The position numbers and the translations under genes were made by a program. From Candidatus Eiseniibacteriota bacterium (GTDB taxonomy: Bacteria > Eisenbacteria > RBG-16-71-46 > DASYSL01), in the NCBI GenBank assembly GCA_031431875.1, contig JANPEF010000056.1, positions 1 through 29,117 of the forward strand: 29,117 bases of DNA, written 5' to 3'. Of the stretch, positions 26,341-29,117 are shown piece by piece; the stretch's first letter is position 1, and every line of letters starts with the position of its first letter. The notes under the pieces are model-generated. The model was not told the DNA's origin and searched no databases. It saw only the letters and a program-made list of their open reading frames with translations.

Positions 26341-27504
26341 GTGGCGACCAAGCGCGACTACTACGCGGTGCTCGGCGTCGAGAAGGGCGCCGACGACGAG
26401 ACGATCAAGAAGGCCTACCGCAAGCTCGCCATGGAGCACCACCCGGACCGCAATCCGGGCGACGCGTCGGCCGAGGAGAAGTTCAAGGAGGCGACCGAGG
26501 CGTACGAGGTCCTCAAGGATGTCGAGCGGCGCGCCCGCTACGACCGCTTCGGCCACGACGGCGCGGCGGCGGGCTTCCCCGGTGCCGGCGGCGGCATGGG
26601 CGGTGCGGCCGGCTACGAGGGCTTCGATCTGGCCGATGCGCTGCGTGCGTTCATGCGCGACTTCGGCGGCGGCGGCGGCGGCTTCGAGGACATGTTCGCC
26701 GCGGAGGGTGCCGGTCCACGCCGCGGACAGGACCTGCGGGTTCGGCTCAAGCTCTCGCTCGAGGAGATTGCCGCCGGCGTCAAGAAGACGATCCAGGTCA
26801 AGCGCAAGGTGGCCTGCGAGACGTGCTCGGGATCGGGCGCGCAGAAGGGCGGATCGACCACGTGCGCGCAGTGTGGTGGGCGCGGGCAGGTGCGCCAGGT
26901 CCGCTCGTCGCTGTTCGGGCAGTTCGTCAACATCGGTCCGTGCGGCCGTTGTCACGGCAGCGGGACGATCATCGAGAAGCCGTGCCTCAAGTGTCGCGGC
27001 GAGGGCCGCCTCGTCGACGCCTCGACGGTGACCGTCGACGTGCCCGCCGGCGTGGCCGAAGGGAACTACATTCCGCTCCGCGGCCTCGGCGATGCCGGGC
27101 CCAATGGTGGGCCCGCGGGCGACCTGCAGGTGCACATCGAGGAGAAGGAGCACGACATCTTCGAGCGCGACGGCGACGACCTGCATGTCGAGGTGCCGGT
27201 GTCGATGAGCCAGGTCGCGCTCGGCGGCGACATCGATGTGCCGACCCTCGGCGGGAGTGCGCGCCACAACGTCCCTGCGGGCACGCCCAGCGGCAAGATC
27301 GTGCGCCTTGCCGGCCAGGGACTGCCGCGGCTGCGCGGTCGTGGGAAGGGCGACCTGCACGCGCACCTGCGGGTGTGGACCCCGGCGAAGCTGTCGGCGC
27401 GCGGCAAGCAGCTGTTCGAGGAACTGGCGAAGCTCGAGGAGGGCAAGGCGCCGAAGCCGGGCAAGAGCCTGTTCGATCGCGTCAAGGGCGCGTTCGGGAA
27501 CTGA
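26341..27504 (+). CDS. dnaJ: Chaperone DnaJ
   Basis: J-domain with HPD, G/F-rich region, four CxxCxGxG motifs, C-terminal domain. Confidence 0.98.
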   Translation: MATKRDYYAVLGVEKGADDETIKKAYRKLAMEHHPDRNPGDASAEEKFKEATEAYEVLKDVERRARYDRFGHDGAAAGFPGAGGGMGGAAGYEGFDLADALRAFMRDFGGGGGGFEDMFAAEGAGPRRGQDLRVRLKLSLEEIAAGVKKTIQVKRKVACETCSGSGAQKGGSTTCAQCGGRGQVRQVRSSLFGQFVNIGPCGRCHGSGTIIEKPCLKCRGEGRLVDASTVTVDVPAGVAEGNYIPLRGLGDAGPNGGPAGDLQVHIEEKEHDIFERDGDDLHVEVPVSMSQVALGGDIDVPTLGGSARHNVPAGTPSGKIVRLAGQGLPRLRGRGKGDLHAHLRVWTPAKLSARGKQLFEELAKLEEGKAPKPGKSLFDRVKGAFGN

Positions 27505-27508
27505 CGCC

Positions 27509-28234
27509 ACGGACTACGCGCATCCCTTCGGCCAGCCGCCGACCCAGGCGGTCGTCGACTCGCTCGCAGCCGACGCGCTGCGCATCGAGGGCGACGAGGC
27601 GAAGCACCTGGCGAAAAGCCTGCGTCTCGGGCCGGGCGACACGTGCGTCGCCACCGATGGCGAGGGGATGGTGGCGCGCCTGGAACTCACCGCTGTCGAC
27701 CGCCGCGGCCTCGACGCGCGGGTGCTCGAGCGCGCGCACGTCGACCCGCCGCCGTTTCGTCTCTGGCTCGCCGCCGAGGCCGACGGGGCCCGCGGCGACT
27801 GGCTGGTCGAGAAGGCTGTCGAGCTCGGGGCCTGGGGGTTCTGCCCGCTGCGGGTGCCCGAGCCCAAGCGGCTCGAGCGTTGGCGCCGCCTCGCCCGGGC
27901 GGCTCTCAAGCAATCGCTGGGGGGGTGGAGTCTCCGCTTCCAGAGCGAGCAGCCGGCGCGCGCTCTGGCCGGCTCCGGAGCTTTCGACGGGCTCTGGCTG
28001 GGGGACCCGGCCGGTAGGGACCCGCTCGCTGAAGCTCTTCCCCCACAAGGAGATTGGCTTCTTGTCTCAGGTCCCCCGGGAGGCCTGAGCCCGGCCGATG
28101 AAGCGGCGTTCCTGGGCGTCCCGGGGGCGCGCGCGATCCGCCTCGGACGGCGACGCCTGCGGGCCGAAACGGCGGCCCTGGCTCTGCTCGTCACGGCAGC
28201 CCTTCGGGCTGGCATGGAGACGGAAACGGGTTGA
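27509..28234 (+). CDS. rsmE: 16S rRNA (uracil1498-N3)-methyltransferase RsmE (start codon not evident)
   Basis: [51 protein letters not shown]; follows dnaJ. The start coordinate is approximate. Confidence 0.85.
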   Translation, partial: TDYAHPFGQPPTQAVVDSLAADALRIEGDEAKHLAKSLRLGPGDTCVATDGEGMVARLELTAVDRRGLDARVLERAHVDPPPFRLWLAAEADGARGDWLVEKAVELGAWGFCPLRVPEPKRLERWRRLARAALKQSLGGWSLRFQSEQPARALAGSGAFDGLWLGDPAGRDPLAEALPPQGDWLLVSGPPGGLSPADEAAFLGVPGARAIRLGRRRLRAETAALALLVTAALRAGMETETG

Positions 28235-28259
28235 CCGGACGGCACTTGCAGCGTAGTTT
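28231..28259 (+). promoter_or_regulatory. Putative sigma70 promoter for rpsU
   Basis: TTGACC 28231-28236, 17-nt spacer, TAGTTT 28254-28259. Confidence 0.6.
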
Positions 28260-28350
28260 CCACTTCGAGTATCGACCCACGCGTACGTTGTCTGCCGGAC
28301 CCGCAGTCTCCCCTTCGGGGCGTGGGTTTGTGCCTGAGAGGGGGGTTGGA

Positions 28351-28542
28351 ATGCCCGGCATCAGGGTGAAGGATGGAGAGTCCTTCGAGAGCGCCCTGCG
28401 CCGCTTCAAGAAGAAATGCGAGAAGGCCGGGGTGCTGGCGGATCTACGACGCCATCAGCACTTCGAGAAGCCTTCGGAGCGGCGCAAGCGCAAGCTCAAC
28501 GCCGCCAAGCGGAAGAATCTCGCGCGCAAAGTCGAAGCCTGA
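28351..28542 (+). CDS. rpsU: 30S ribosomal protein S21
   Basis: [27 protein letters not shown]...[12 protein letters not shown]. Confidence 0.97.
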   Translation: MPGIRVKDGESFESALRRFKKKCEKAGVLADLRRHQHFEKPSERRKRKLNAAKRKNLARKVEA

Positions 28543-28589
28543 CCGCGAGGCGTGAACTCCGCAGCGCGCAGGAACCTCGGCAGCACCGC

Positions 28590-28630
28590 GGGGCGGGGGG
28601 GTGCAACCCACCCCCTCGCCCCTTGCTTGT
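28590..28630 (+). terminator. Intrinsic terminator after rpsU
   Basis: 14-bp stem 28590-28603 / 28609-28622 (one G-U pair), 5-nt loop, followed by TTGCTTGT. Confidence 0.75.
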
Positions 28631-28655
28631 CCGGGGCCTGTGGCCGAGGGCGTCC

Positions 28656-29054
28656 ATGACCTTCCGGGATTCGACCAGCATGGCATCCACCGACCGCACG
28701 AATCCGGGCATCACGCCGACCGTCCTCGAGTTGCTCGAGTATCCAAAGATCACCGGGTGGCTCGCCGAGTTGACGAGTGCGCCCACCTCGGCGGCGCAGG
28801 CGCGCGCGCTCACCCCGGCCGTCGACCTGGCCGACGTGCGCACGCGCCTCGTCGAACTGGTCGAGGGCAAGCGCCTGGCCGAGACGAAGGGCCCGTGGCC
28901 CGGACCGCCGCCGTTCGCGGTCGCCGCCGCGATCGAGGACGACCTCGAGCAGGGCGGCGTGCTCGGCGCCCGGGCGCTGTACCAGGTTGCGGAGTTGCTC
29001 GCCGCGACCGCGGGCGGCGCCCCCGAAGTGGGCGGTGGGCGCGTACAAGGGTAA
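28656..29054 (+). CDS. mutS2: N-terminal fragment of endonuclease MutS2, ending early near the window end
   Basis: SD GAGGG. VLELLEYPKI...L.P..D...VR.RL.E..E and GGVL....L.QVA.LL resemble the MutS2 N-terminus; TAA at 29052-29054. Confidence 0.65.
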   Translation: MTFRDSTSMASTDRTNPGITPTVLELLEYPKITGWLAELTSAPTSAAQARALTPAVDLADVRTRLVELVEGKRLAETKGPWPGPPPFAVAAAIEDDLEQGGVLGARALYQVAELLAATAGGAPEVGGGRVQG

Positions 29055-29117
29055 TAACCGCGGCCGCGGGGCGACGGGGTTGTTGGCCAAACATTACACG
29101 AATAGCCGCCGGGGCTC

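Noticed and set aside
1..29117. Selenoprotein (TGA read-through) genes in the window
   Set aside because: The TGA stops I examined fall at the expected C-termini, and the Cys motifs of HemW, DnaJ, FmdB and GlmS use normal Cys codons; no SECIS search was run.

Overview
High-GC (roughly 70% by eye) bacterial chromosome segment, almost all on the + strand and mostly housekeeping. The gene set (LolA/LolB-like pair, LpxL, DUF5683, grpE-dnaJ without dnaK) suggests a diderm, possibly FCB-group lineage; this is low-confidence inference. Gene order: pilP (5'-truncated, long Ala/Lys/Pro linker), pilQ secretin, hairpin terminator, LolB/DUF4292-like, lolA, HAD pyrimidine 5'-nucleotidase, RmlD-like SDR (the only - strand gene), rsmD, coaD, pta, class I aminotransferase, FmdB zinc ribbon, obgE, HEAT-repeat protein, dprA, LpxL acyltransferase fused to a TM/signal segment and a DUF4424/YARHG-like module, sigma54-type promoter, GAF-containing histidine-kinase-like protein, tRNA-Phe, tRNA-Thr, glmM-like mutase, glmS, ridA, tRNA-Sec (selC), tandem palindromes, DUF5683 protein, lepA, lepB, hemW, hrcA, grpE, dnaJ, rsmE, rpsU, terminator, and an N-terminal mutS2 fragment. 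Most notable: (1) the kinase has lost its phospho-His and several ATP-binding motifs, carries a triple DRR tail and sits behind a predicted sigma54 promoter; (2) the lipid A acyltransferase fusion to a predicted periplasmic module; (3) back-to-back, apparently leaderless promoters sharing a palindrome; (4) selC next to ridA and followed by a doubled palindrome; (5) several genes without a canonical start codon. Family calls come from motif recognition only; no database search was run.
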